DNA from: Eledone cirrhosa
Taxonomy: Eukaryota
Length of the DNA: 64,000 nt
Assembly (NCBI GenBank): GCA_964016885.1
Contig: OZ024740.1
Location: 420,546,001 to 420,610,000, forward strand
Reading direction: 5' to 3'
The notes under the pieces were generated by a model. The model worked only from the letters and a program-made list of their open reading frames with translations, did not search any database and was not told the DNA's origin. Shown here piece after piece: positions 41,585 to 54,394 of the stretch (its first letter is position 1; every line of letters begins with the position of its first letter). A program made the position numbers and the translations under genes.

Positions 41585-41916
41585 GGAGGCACATGGCTTA
41601 GTGGTTAGAGCATTGACCTTGCAATCAAAAGGTTGTGAGTTCAATTCTCAGACCGGATGATGTGTTGTTTCCTTGAGCAAGACACTTTATTTCACATTGC
41701 TCCAGTTTATTCAGCTGTAGAAATGAGATGATAGGGACTGGGGTCCCTATCATTCCACTGCAAAGTGGTCGTGGAGGTGCCACGGCAAAAAAGCACCCAG
41801 CACTCACTGTAAATGAGGTTGGTGTTAGGAAGGGCATCCAGCTGTAGAAATCAAGCCAGAATCAGTTCCCATCCCACCTTTGCAAGCAGGGAAAAGCGGA
41901 CGTAAAATGATGATGA
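41585..41916 (+). mobile_element. SINE family A, full length
   Basis: tggcttagtggttagagc A box, gagttcaattc B box, RTE-like tail ending in (TGA)n. Confidence 0.8.
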
Positions 41917-41988
41917 TATATATATCATCATCATCATCTTTGTTTATAGTTTATAGTTTATTTGTACTTTTTTCTTTTATATTTTTAG

Positions 41989-42089
41989 GCTTTAAGTAAA
42001 ATTCGGGAATATCTTCTTCAGAAGATTTATTCATTCAGGAAGCCCATGACAAATTACCAAGTACCACAGAATACTATGCTTAAATTCAG
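41989..42089 (+). CDS. VPS52: VPS52 exon 9
   Basis: Encodes ALSKIREYLLQKIYSFRKPMTNYQVPQNTMLKF(R). ttttag/gttggt boundaries. Confidence 0.95.
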
Positions 42090-43305
42090 GTTGGTTGCTG
42101 CACTTTCTATTATTGTAATTCTAATTTATTTTATTCTGGCTGCCAATTTTGTAAAAAATTTACCATATATGTCTAGGGCGGGTAAAATTCCCGAGATCTA
42201 TGGACGAGTTCTCTCCAGCGGTCTCTATCCCTCATTATCGCTGTCATGTCCTGCATCTCCAAGAGAACAGTGTCTGTCCTTAGGACATCAACATATGTTA
42301 ACCTTGGTCTTCCTCTTCCACTGTGTCCATGCAGGGGCTAACCTCAGACTCCTCTGTCCCACTCTCGAGCTGACTTTTGGGAGGCTCCATACCATATATA
42401 TTTGTATACAAGCTGCAACTGTATGAAATTGTTAAGTTACATCCCAGTTTTGCCTTCAGCCTTTGACCTGTATCTAAGTTGTATGTTGCTTTTCATAAAT
42501 ACTATTTACAACTTGGCTTGCTGTTGCACTAGTAGAGGCACATGGCCTAGTGGTAAGGGGTGTTGTACTTATGATCATAATGTTGTCGGTTTGATTCCTG
42601 AGCTGGGTTGTTTTGTGTTCTTGAGCAAAACACTTCATTTTACATTGCTCCATTATACTCAGCTGAAAATGAGTACTAGCAATAGCTTGGGATTTAACCC
42701 TGCGACGGACTGGCGCCCCATCCAGGGGTGGAGTCTTGTACTCTCAGTTGCTTCACATCATGGAAGCCAGGATAAGCACTGGCCTGGGGCTCAAGACAGA
42801 CTTTGCAGTAAATAAAAATATGTTAAAATAATCTCAATCATTGTTTATACAGCTCAGTAAGTTCTTGGAACCCTAAATCTAATAGCAATATATTTCCATG
42901 ATTTCTGCCCAGAACAAACATATTAACCGGTGCTTTTAAGTTACCACTCTGGAATGACTCCAAGTATAGGCAGCATTGAACACTAGGATTATAGTTTGCT
43001 GACAGAGAACTGCTGTTTTGCACACATAAAAGCTGGTATATATAATTTCATGAAACTGTATATCATCACAGATACATTTGTTTTGTGTCAGAATTGATTT
43101 AATTGGTTATTAATTGGTTGATATATCATTTGATTGTTTACTAGGAACATCTTTTAATGTGGATCTAGGTTGTTGTAGGGAACTATGTTGTTAGAGATGT
43201 CTTTTATATGGTAATGTGTTGTTAAAGTTATTGTTTCTATCTTACTAGGTTGTTAGAGATGTCTTGTAATGTGTTGTTAAAGATATTATGTTGCTATCTT
43301 ACTAG

Positions 43306-43438
43306 GTTCTTCAATGAATTTCTCATGAGCCATGAAAGACAGGTAGCCAAAGAGATCCGTGATGAATATGTAGATACAATGAGCAAAGTTTATTATTCTT
43401 ATTTTAAAGGATACACAAGTCGACTCATGAAACTTCAG
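43306..43438 (+). CDS. VPS52: VPS52 exon 10
   Basis: Encodes FFNEFLMSHERQVAKEIRDEYVDTMSKVYYSYFKGYTSRLMKLQ. actag/gtaatc boundaries. Confidence 0.95.
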
Positions 43439-44514
43439 GTAATCCTTATTTATTTAGTAAATTGTTTTCAAAATAATGATTCTTTTGAATCAGTTGAACT
43501 AAAATCTATTCTGCAAATATAGACATTCTATCTAAACTATAAAGTAAGGAGTGCGGGATTGTGTCCAGAATATTTTTTTTTATCCCGTTTGTAAAATAAG
43601 TTGGATTACTTTGAATAAATAATGAATTAATATTACATAATTTATCTACTAAATTTCGTTATTTTTTATTAAATATAAATAATTTTGTTGCTTATTTTAA
43701 GATTCACTTCTTTAAAATGTTCAAATGTCAACACTTCCGGTTAGCGATCGCTTAAATAAATATTCATATATTTCCGTCACTAATTTTCTCCTAATGCAGT
43801 TTATATATAATATCGTCTTTTTTTAATGTATCATGGATTACGTTACTGATTACATAAGACAGTGTAACGCAGTCTTCGTTCAATTTCTGTGTATATTGTC
43901 AATTACGATTTTATTTGCTGTATCATATCTACATGTATATATACTTGCGTATAATATCAATATACACACTACACATTCTTAATATACATAATTAATCAGA
44001 GTTGTGAATATCAGGTATATACAATCAGAATAACTATATAAGTGGTAGGAGATTAGCAGATTGTGACAAATATTATCACAGATTTAACTCTTCTAGTCTA
44101 CACCTCCCCACCTCCTTTATTAATCTAGAATGAGTCACATGAAACTTTCAGGAGAAGGACTTCATTGGTTCAGCCATATATATATAATCTTGCTTCTGAA
44201 AGGGAAAACATTTAAAAATAGGAATTAGACCTCTTTAGAATTCCATTTTCTTTGAACATAAAAATAGCACCATATATACTCAAGTATATTTCCCCGCCCC
44301 CATTTTCTGTCTGAGAATTGGACAAAGAAAACAAACCCCATTTATAAGCCAAGGCAGCTAATCAACATATTGTTTAGATGGCATATATAACCCCACCACC
44401 ACCATTTTATCAATTATTTTGTCACAATTTCCTTGGCTTATATTCCAGTATATATGGTACTTTATAATTAATTAATATTTCTAACAAGATGTGTTGAACA
44501 TATTTCTTTTACAG

Positions 44515-44572
44515 TATGAAGAACTTGCAGACAAAGATGATTTGATGGGAGTTGAAGATACAGCAAAGAAAG
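44515..44572 (+). CDS. VPS52: VPS52 exon 11
   Basis: Encodes YEELADKDDLMGVEDTAKK(G). Followed by the U12 donor ATATCCTT. Confidence 0.93.
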
Positions 44573-44597
44573 ATATCCTTCATTTTCAATATTTCTA

Positions 44598-47500
44598 GTA
44601 TATTATATTATTTCATCTGTCATCTACCTAAATATTATATTATTTCATCTGTCATCTACCTAAATATTATATTATTTCATCTGTCATCTACCTAAATATT
44701 ATATTATTTCATCTGTCATCTACCTAAATATTATATTATTTCATCTGTCATCTACCTAAATATTATATTATTTCATCTGTCATCTACCTAAATATTATAT
44801 TATTTCATCTGTCATCTACCTAAATATTATATTATTTCATCTGTCATCTACCTAAATATTATATTATTTCATCTATCATCTACCTAAATATTATATTATT
44901 TCATCTGTCATCTACCTAAATATTATATTATTTCATCTATCATCTACCTAAATAATATATTATTTCATCTGTCATCTACCTAAATATTATATTATTTCAT
45001 CTGTCATCTACCTAAATATTATATTATTTCATCTATCATCTACCTAAATATTATATTATTTCATCTATCATCTACCTAAATAATATATTATTTCATCTGT
45101 CATCTACCTAAATATTATATTATTTCATCTATCATCTACCTAAATATTATATTATTTCATCTGTCATCTACCTAAATAATATATTATTTCATCTGTCATC
45201 TACCTAAATAATATATTATTTCATCTATCATCTACCTAAATATTATATTATTACATCTGTCATCTACCTAAATAATATATTATTTCATCTGTCATCTACC
45301 TAAATAATATATTATTTCATCTGTCATCTACCTAAATATTATATTACTTCATCTGTCATCTACCTAAATAATATATTATTTCATCTGTCATCTACCTAAA
45401 TAATATATTATTTTATCTATCATCTACCTAAATATTATATTATTTCATCTATCATCTACCTAAATATTATATTATTTCATCTACTAGCTCCTTCAACTGC
45501 GCAGAGGGTTCTATAGAAATAGTGGACAGCTTCCGTTACCTGGGTGACAAAATCAGCAGTGGGGGAGGGTGCTCTGAAAGTACAGTAGCTAGAGTCAGAA
45601 CTGGATGGAAAAAGTTCAGAGAGCTTATACCACTATTAGCCGCTAGAGGGTTCTCCCTAAAAATGAAAGGCAGGTTATACGATGCCTGCATACGAACAGC
45701 AATGCTGCATGGCAGTGAGACCTGGGCATTGTGTGCAGAGGATATACGCAGACTAGAGAGGAACGAAGCTTGCCTGCTCTGCTGGATGTGCAATAGTAAT
45801 ATACGTGAACGGCAAAGCATAAACGAACTAAGGAAAAAATTAGAAATAAGAGGGATCAGATGTTGTTTACTCGAGAGAAGGCTACGTTGGTACGGTCACG
45901 TGATGCGCATGAAAGACGACAGCTGTATAACAAAGTGCAGGGCAATAAAGATAGACGGTAGCCACGGAGTAGGCAGACCCAGAAAAACATGGAACGAGCT
46001 GATAAATTCCGACCTCACACGCTTACACCTCTCCAAGACAATGTCACTGGACCGAGACCTTTGGCGGTACTCAGTAATAGAGAAGACCCGCCTTACCTAA
46101 ATACAAAGTAAAAACCTACTACAGTCAGTAGGCATCTCTATCAAAACACCCCCCCGTCCCACCACCTCCACACCGCCCCTTTCAGTGTACAGTTATGTTG
46201 GTCCCACAACATCCAGGCCGAAACAAATGAGATCGTGTAGGTGTCACGACAAAAAAACACACAGTCCACGCTGTAAACGTGGCCGTGTAGGCAACACGGT
46301 AAAAACCTCCCAGCCCCACACTGTAAATGTGGTTGGTGTTAGGAAGGGCATCCAGCTGTAGAAAACCCGCCAGACAGTCCACGCTGTAATGTGGCCGTGT
46401 AGGCAACACGGTAAAAACCTCCCAGCCCCACACTGTAAATGTGGTTGGTGTTGGGAAGGGCATCCAACTGTAGAAAACCCGCCAGACAGTCCTATGCGAG
46501 CAAGACAACCACTCTTGCCTCGGGTGGGAAAACCCCCGTCCAAACCCATGCAAGCGTGGAACACGGACGCTAAACCTGATGATGATGATGATCATCATCT
46601 ACCTAAATAATATATTATTTCATCTGTCATCTACCTAAATATTATATTATTTCATCTATCATCTACCTAAATATTATATTATTTCATCTGTCATCTACCT
46701 AAATAATATATTATTTCATCTGTCATCTACCTAAATAATATATTATTTTATCTATCATCTACCTAAATAATATATTATTTCATCTATCATCTACCTAAAT
46801 AATATATTATTTTATCTATCATCTACCTAAATAATATATTATTTCATCTGTCATCTACCTAAATATTATATTATTTTATCTATCATCTACCTAAATAATA
46901 TATTATTTCATCTGTCATCTACCTAAATAATATATTATTTCATCTATCATCTACCTAAATATTATATTACTTCATCTGTCATCTACCTAAATAATATATT
47001 ATTTCATCTGTCATCTACCTAAATATTATATTATTTCATCTATCATCTACCTAAATAATATATTATTTCATCTGTCATCTACCTAAATAATATATTACTT
47101 CATCTGTCATCTACCTAAATATTATATTATTTCATGTCATCTACCTAAATATTATATTATTTCATCTGTCATCTACCTAAATATTATATTATTTCATCTG
47201 TCATCTACCTAAATAATATATTACTTCATCTGTGATCTACCTAAATATTATATTATTTCATGTCATCTACCTAAATATTATATTATTTCATCTGTCATCT
47301 ACCTAAATATTATATTATTTCATCTGTCATCTACCTAAATAATATATTATTTCATCTGTCATCTACCTAAATAATATATTATTTCATCTGTCATCTACCT
47401 AAATAATATATTATTTCATCTGTCATCTACCTAAATAATATATTATTTCATCTGTCATCTACCTAAATAATATATTATTTCATCTATCATCTACCTAAAT

Positions 47501-48122
47501 ATTATATTACTTCATCTATCATCTACCTAAATATTATATTACTTCATCTATCATCTACCTAAATATTATATTATTTCATCTATCATCTACCTAAATATTA
47601 TATTACTTCATCTATCATCTACCTAAATATTATATTATTTCATCTACCTAAATATTATATTACTTCATCTGTCATCTACCTAAATATTATATTACTTCAT
47701 CTGTCATCTACCTAAATAATATATTATTTTATCTATCATCTACCTAAATATTATATTACTTCATCTGTCATTTACCTAAATATTATATTATTTCATCTGT
47801 CATCTACCTAAATATTATATTACTTCATCTGTCATCTACCTAAATATTATATTACTTCATCTGTCATCTACCTAAATAATATATTATTTTATCTATCATC
47901 TACCTAAATAATATATTACTTCATCTGTCATTTACCTAAATATTATATTATTTTATCTGTCATCTACTTAAATAATATATTATTTCATCTGTCATCTACC
48001 TAAATAATATATTATTTCATCTGTCATCTACCTAAATATTATATTATTTCATCTATCATCTGTCTAAATATATTATTTCATCTATCATCTGTTTAAATAA
48101 TATATTATTTCATCTGTCATCT
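44598..48122. repeat. 32-bp minisatellite (TATTATATTATTTCATCTGTCATCTACCTAAA)n interrupted by an RTE insertion
   Basis: Arrays at 44598-45483 and 46595-48122. Confidence 0.95.
45482..46594 (+). mobile_element. 5'-truncated RTE-clade LINE
   Basis: ORF 45522-46100 (FRYLG...LHGSETW...RRLRWYGHVMR...GRPRKTW), a 3' UTR with internal repeats, and a (GAT)n tail. Confidence 0.92.
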
Positions 48123-48262
48123 GTCAGGAGTTGTGACTGGTAGATAGTGCCAGTAATATAAAGACCAATGGAAACATTTCCTTTGTCTGATTTGACAAGT
48201 TCCATCCAACTTCTTTTTCATATCATGTCATATCACAAAATATTGATCCTTAACATTCATAA

Positions 48263-48396
48263 GGTTTTTCTCTTCAAAGCCTTCTTTAAAGAACAGATCT
48301 ACAGTATTTACTGTAGGAGACCGAGGGGAGGTACTGACTACACAGCTTGAAGCTCCTGTCATTGTACCACATGCTGCTCAGAAAAATGAAACCCGA
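48263..48396 (+). CDS. VPS52: VPS52 exon 12
   Basis: Encodes (G)FFSSKPSLKNRSTVFTVGDRGEVLTTQLEAPVIVPHAAQKNETR. gtatgt donor. The 5' boundary is uncertain by about 1 nt. Confidence 0.9.
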
Positions 48397-48449
48397 GTAT
48401 GTATCGGTTATATAATTACTATCTTATTTTTTTCAATATATCTGCTAGG

Positions 48450-48975
48450 TCACACTACTTGCACAGATTCCCTTGACTGTTGCCATCCAGTTCTGTTGCT
48501 CATCATATTCGGCAGGTCAGAAGAACTGCAGTTTATGTCATTACAAATCTACTCGATATAGGTCTTGGCTTGTCATGCTCTGCGAGCTCTTCCTTGTGTA
48601 GATTCCCACAAAAGAACTTCACTAACAATTTCGTCTTTAACTCTCCAGCAATGTCCTGAAAATCTGACTCTACACTCTGCGATGATGTCTGATACTTGAC
48701 AAAGGTTCCTATAGTCACTCATTGGTCAGACAATCTCTCCAAGTGACATTGAAAGCCACTCTTAGTATGCAAGTGTAGGCTCCATCTAATCTTCTTAACA
48801 GTTGTGAGGTAAGGGCCTATGCTGAGCAGCCATACAACAGAACAGAGGTAACAGATGCTTAAAAAGGCTCCTTTTCATGTTGTCTGGAAGTCTAGATTTC
48901 TACACTAGAGAAAACTTGTTGATAGTACCCCAGGCCTTACCAATGCATGTGATTATTCCTGATACAGAGGTAACT
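48450..48975 (-). mobile_element. Decayed RTE-like LINE fragment
   Basis: Minus-strand remnants resemble an RTE C-terminus (SVLLYGC..., KPRP...). Confidence 0.4.
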
Positions 48976-49490
48976 AACTGAATGCTTAAAACCCTTTAAG
49001 TATTGATCATAGATAATAGTGTGAAATAAGTATTAGAACTGAAAGGGATACAAATAACCCTTTTATCTACCGTCCTTGACATGTCTGTGTCAGTTGGGTT
49101 TGAATTTCAATTTTAAACCTGGTCATTCTAATTTCATTGCGGTGGATACTGTCCTAAGATTTAACTCTGAAAATATGTTGTTCCGTAAAGACATGGCCTA
49201 GTGGTAAGTGTGTTGGACTAATGATCATAAAGTCATGGGTTCAATTCCTGGACAGGGTTGTGTTTTATGTTCTTGTGTTCTAAAATAATTAGCAGTAACA
49301 TAATTCAATTTACTTACTCTTCATGAATGGGGAAGAAAGACATAGCTAAAGATGAATGTGGAGGAAATAGAAGTTGATGAGTGAAGATAGCTTTAAAACG
49401 TTTGTTGTTGTTACTGTTGCTGCTGCATATCTTGTCAAAAGAAATCTATTTTCTAACATTAACTCTTCATCTCTATATTTCCTCTTTCAG

Positions 49491-49652
49491 TATACATTTG
49501 AGAAGCTGTTCCGCAGTCAACATTATACATTAATGGATAATTGTTGTCGGGAGTATCTATTTGTTGTGGACTTCTTTATGGTTTCCATTGGAAGTACAGC
49601 AGCTCAGGAACTTTTCAATAGTATTATGGGGAAAACACTTTCAATGTTTTTG
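49491..49652 (+). CDS. VPS52: VPS52 exon 13
   Basis: Encodes YTFEKLFRSQHYTLMDNCCREYLFVVDFFMVSIGSTAAQELFNSIMGKTLSMFL. tttcag/gtatgt boundaries. Confidence 0.95.
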
Positions 49653-50669
49653 GTATGTAACCAATCTTCTATTGTTTGTCATCGTTTTTCACACATTCAA
49701 TGTTTATTTAATCACATCTACATTAGATATCTCATTCTCACTTCATTCTCTCACTCTCTATCCTCTCACTCTCATTCTCTCACTCTCACTCTCTATCCTT
49801 CTTTGTATTCAAACCTGGAGAGGAGATGGCCTCTGCCAGATTTTAAAAATACCCTAGAAACACTGTATTTCAATATGGTGTCCCTATGACTCTCTCGGGA
49901 GTTACAGGACCATACATACTCTCGGCTCCCAAATGATGGGGGTGGGGTTGCAGTAAGCGGAAAGTGGAGTGTGTGGAAAATCGATAATTTTTCTAGGTTA
50001 TCTCCCTTGACTTTTTAACCGGAATTAGTCGTTTAGTTTACATATTAAGACTGCAACCCATCCGATTTATTTTAGAATGTAGGAATTTTTACTAATGTAC
50101 TTTTTTTGTTATTTATAATGTTTTTTAATGTATAAAGAAAATTAATTGTTTGGGATAGATTAGCAAAATTTAATTAGCAGGGAAGGGGTGTAAGAGTGGG
50201 TGGAATGGGGATCAGAAAAATTAATAAGCAGGAGGGTGGGGGCAATTATTTGAGACCCGAGAGCACATCTACATTAGATATATATTTGTTTCTGTGCAGC
50301 CAATTGGCAAAGTTAGACACTTTGAAGTATTTCTTCAGGCTTTCTGTGTCTTGGCTTCAAATTCCACTATGGCCAACTTTACCTTTCAACTTTATATGGT
50401 TGATAAATAAAGTATCAGTCCAATTGAGGGAATTTTGTGAGTGTCAGATAGGAAACCTTGTAATATGTGTTCTGGCTGTGTACATTCTAAGTTTAAATCC
50501 TACCCCCTGGGACCTATCATTACAATACCCTAGAAACCTCCTATGAGATACAGGAATATGAAGAACATCAGAGCACACAAGAGGTTAATTTTGTTCTTCA
50601 TATTGATGTTCCTATCTTTCCATATTAGTTTGAACTTGGTTAATTGTTTACATGAGCCTTTATCATTGA

Positions 50670-51110
50670 CATGACAAAAAAACACCAGTACTCACTGTAA
50701 AGTGATCATGTAGGTGTCACAACAAAAAGCACCCAGTTAACACTGTAAAGTGATTGTGTAAGTGTCACAACAAAAAGCACCCAGTCCACACTATAAATTG
50801 GTCATGTAAGTGTCACAACAAAAAGCACCCAGTCCACACTACAAAGTGGTTGTTTTGGTGTCATAACAAAAAAACATCCAAACCAGGCTGTAAAGTGATC
50901 ATTTTGATGTCACGATAAAAAGCACCCAGTTCACACTGTAAAGTGGTTGGCATTAGGAAAGGCATCCAGCCATAGAAACCAAGTCAGAAACAGCTCTGTA
51001 TGAGCTAGACATGGTCTCTGATCTGACTTGTTTCACAACAGGTCAACTCATCAAACCCATACTAACATGGTGGAAAAATGGAAGTTAAATGTTGATGATG
51101 ATGATGATGA
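50670..51110 (+). mobile_element. RTE/SINE-type 3' tail element with ~46-bp internal tandem repeats
   Basis: Repeats of aaaaagcacccagtccacactgtaaagtg and a (GAT)n end. An inverted relative lies at 11889-12171. Confidence 0.6.
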
Positions 51111-51251
51111 TCACACCCAAATATTTAAGCTGTTCCACTGGCTCTAGTTTTAGTTTTTGTCCTTGTACAGGATGTCTGTAGTCATGACAGCATTGGTGTT
51201 TGTCATGAGGTTATTTTGACACTGATTCTCATTCCAAACCTGGAGTTTTTA

Positions 51252-51630
51252 TCAATAATAATAATAGTAATAATGAAATTATTGTGTACAGTACTCGGGT
51301 GCACTACAACACATCAAAGGTGCATATATAGTGCATAGAATAATGTACAAATGTCAGGGAAGTGAATAGTGTATGAGTCATGATATACATGTGTGTGTAT
51401 GAAGGGGGGGATATCAGGTGTAGTGTTGGCAAATCTCAGGAAACATGGAGCTTTTAAAGGATGTAGTGTCTCGACAGCTAACAACTGATGCAGGTAGTTT
51501 GTTCCATGGAGGTTTTAAAGGATGCAGTGTTCCGACAGCTAACAACTGATGCAGGGAGTTTGTTCCATGGAGGTTTTAAAGGATGCAGTGTCTCGACAGC
51601 TAGCAACTGATGCAGGTAGTTTGTTCCATG
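51252..51630 (-). mobile_element. CR1/L2-like LINE 3' end with three 61-bp tandem units
   Basis: Reverse complement of 55710-55970. Units start at 51444, 51505 and 51566. Confidence 0.85.
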
Positions 51631-51634
51631 ATTC

Positions 51635-53101
51635 CAACGAATATAGTGAAGAGTTTAGCGTAAAAGTTGGTGTTCATCAGGGCTCTGTTCTTAGCCCCCT
51701 ACTATTTATTATTGCCCTTCAGGCTATAACAGAGTAGTTCAAGACCGGCTGCCCATGGGAACTCCTATACGCAGATGATCTAATGCTCATAGCTGAATCA
51801 ATGGCTGAACTAGAGAAGAAATTCAAAACATGGAAGCATGGCCTAGAATCAAAAGGCCTTAAAATTAATCTGTCTAAGACTAAAGTTCTAGTTTGTAGGG
51901 AGGAAAATAGGGCACCGGGGTCATCTGGGAATTGGCCATGCTCAGTGTGTAGGAAAGGAGTAGGCAGAAACTCCATTTTATGTCCCAAATGCAAAGTATG
52001 GGTACATAAAAGATGTAGTGGGATCACAGGTAAGCTAAGAATATAGATTTTATGTGGCCGGTGCTCAGGTGCAATAAGTAGCAGCAAGTGCCCACAGAAT
52101 ACTAGCTCATTCCATTGCACAGATGGTTCTATAGAAATAGTGGACACCTTCCGTTACCTGGGTGACAAAATCAGCAGTGGTGGAGGGTGCTCTGAAAGTA
52201 CAGTAGCTAGAGTCAGAACTGGATGGAAAAAGTTCAGAGAGCTTATCCCACCATTGGCCGCTAAAGGGTTCTCTAAAAATGAAAGGCAGGCTGTATGATG
52301 CCTGCATACGAACAGCAATGTTACATGGCAGTGAGACTTGGGCATTGTGTGCAGAGGATATACGCAGACTGGAGCAGAACGAAGCTTGCATGCTCCGCTA
52401 GATGTGTAATAGTAATATACGTGAACGGCAACGCATAAACGAACTAAGGGAGAAATTAGGAATAAGAGGGATCAGATGTTGTTTACTCGAGAGAAGACTA
52501 CGTTGGTATGGTCACGTGATGCACATGACAGACGACAGCTGTATAAAAAAGTGCAGAGTGATAAAAATAGACGGTAGCCACGGAGTAGGCAGACCCAGAA
52601 AAACCTGGGACGACTTGATAAATTCCGACCTCACACACTTACACCTCTCCAAGACAATGTCACTGGACCGAGATCTTTGGCGCTACACAGTAATACAGAA
52701 GACCCGCCTTGCCTAAGTACAAAGCGAAACCTACTACAGTCAGTAGGCTCCTCTAACAAAATACACCCCCGTCCCACCACCCCCACCCCATCCACACCAC
52801 CCCTTTCAATGTAAAGTTATGTTGATACCACAACATCCAGGCCAAAACAAATGAGGTTGTGTAGGTGTCACGACAAAAAAAAACACACAGTCCACGCTGT
52901 AATGTGGCCGTGTAAGTAACACGGTAAAAACCTCCCAGTCCACACTGTAAACGTGGTTGGTGTTAGGAAGGGCATCCAGCCATAGAAAACCCGCCAGACA
53001 GTCCTATACGAGCAAGACAACCAATCTTGCCTCAAGTGGGAAAGTTCCCGTCCAAACCCATGCAAGCGTGGAATATGGACGTTAAACGATGATGATGATG
53101 A
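51635..53101 (+). mobile_element. 5'-truncated, inactivated RTE-clade LINE
   Basis: VGVHQGSVLSPLLF, LYADDL and a PHD-like Cys cluster, with stops and frameshifts. (GAT)n tail. Confidence 0.92.
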
Positions 53102-53518
53102 TATATATATATATATATCTCATCATCACCATTTTACGTCCGCTTATCCCTGCATGATTCAGCAACTCTGAACGTGAAAAAATGTTAGTTAACAATTCAT
53201 CCTTTTATCTTGCCAGGTCATCAATGAACTGCAATTTTTAAGTTTGTGATGTTCCTCTCTCCAATGCTGACCCATTCCAAGATACACACACACACACACA
53301 CACACACACATTTTATACATGAACATACACACACTGGTTGGTAATAGGGAGGGCATCCAGCCATTGAAAACTTGCCAAACAAAGGGTTGGGAGGACCCTT
53401 CAGTTGTGTCAATGACATAACAACCTCTTCTGTGCACTTGGTAGAATGTGAGGCCATACATAAGTTGTTCCTTTTTGTTGTAACTGTATCTGTGAATTTC
53501 TGATTTGTCTCTTTCCAG

Positions 53519-53637
53519 AAACATATGGAAGTTTACACAAATGATTGCTATGATTCTATTGCCATATTTCTCTGTATCCATATCATTAATCGCTACCATA
53601 GCATCATGCTGAAACGTAATGTACCTGCTCTGGAAAG
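53519..53637 (+). CDS. VPS52: VPS52 exon 14
   Basis: Encodes KHMEVYTNDCYDSIAIFLCIHIINRYHSIMLKRNVPALE(R). ttccag/gttggt boundaries. Confidence 0.95.
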
Positions 53638-53784
53638 GTTGGTTGTTCTTTCATTTGTTATTGTAATATTGTAATATACACATTCAACAAACTTCCCTCA
53701 ATCTAGTCTCTTTCAACAACACAAACACACAATTACTCTGCTACTATCTTTCTAGTCATCAACAACATGGAATTAAAAGTATCA

Positions 53785-54162
53785 AAATTGCTACAAATAC
53801 CAGCACTTTCAAATGCTAGCTAGCACTTACAAAATTGCTACAAATGCTAGTACTTACAAAATTGCTACAAATGCTAGTACTTACAAAATTGCTACAAATA
53901 CCAGCACTTACAAAATTGCTACAAATGCTAGTACTTACAAAATTGCTACAAATGCCAGTATTTACAAAATTGCTATAAATGCCAGTACTTATAAAATTGC
54001 TACAAATGCCAGTATTTACAAAATTGCTACAAATGCTAGTACTTACAAAATTGCTACAAATGCTAGTACTTACAAAATTGCTACAAATGCTAGTACTTAC
54101 AAAATTGCTACAAATGCTAGTACTTACAAAATTGCTACAAATGCCAGTACTTACAAAATTGC
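53785..54162. repeat. 27-bp minisatellite (TACAAAATTGCTACAAATGCTAGTACT)n
   Basis: Seen directly. Source of the ASTYKIATN ORF. Confidence 0.92.
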
Positions 54163-54394
54163 TTTTTGTTGTAACACCTACATGACCACTTTACAGTGTG
54201 GGATGGGCGCTTTTTATTATTGGCAGTATCGGTATAGGGTCGGATGGCATGCGTTGTAAATTAGAGTTACGCCCCTTTATGCTCTGAGTTCAACTTTGGA
54301 GGTTAACTTTGCCTTTCATCCTTATGGGGTCGATAAAATAAAGTACCAGTAATGTACTGGGATAATTGCTGGCCTTGTGCCAAAAGTAGAAACT

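Larger units (their letters stand above)
44573..48262 (+). other. U12-type intron beginning with AT (AT-AA as read)
   Basis: 5'ss ATATCCTTC and branch site TCCTTAAC at 48247-48254. The frame requires the intron to end at ...ttcatAA. Confidence 0.8.

Noticed and set aside
41585-41660. tRNA gene
   Set aside because: It is the tRNA-derived head of a SINE, continuing into core and LINE-type tail, with no proper cloverleaf or terminator.
43525-44097. Possible Helitron-like element (TCTA..CTATAAAG start, CTAG|T end)
   Set aside because: I found no clear subterminal hairpin and no second copy in the window.
53813-54259. ASTYKIATN repeat protein
   Set aside because: It comes from an intronic 27-bp minisatellite and has no support as an exon.
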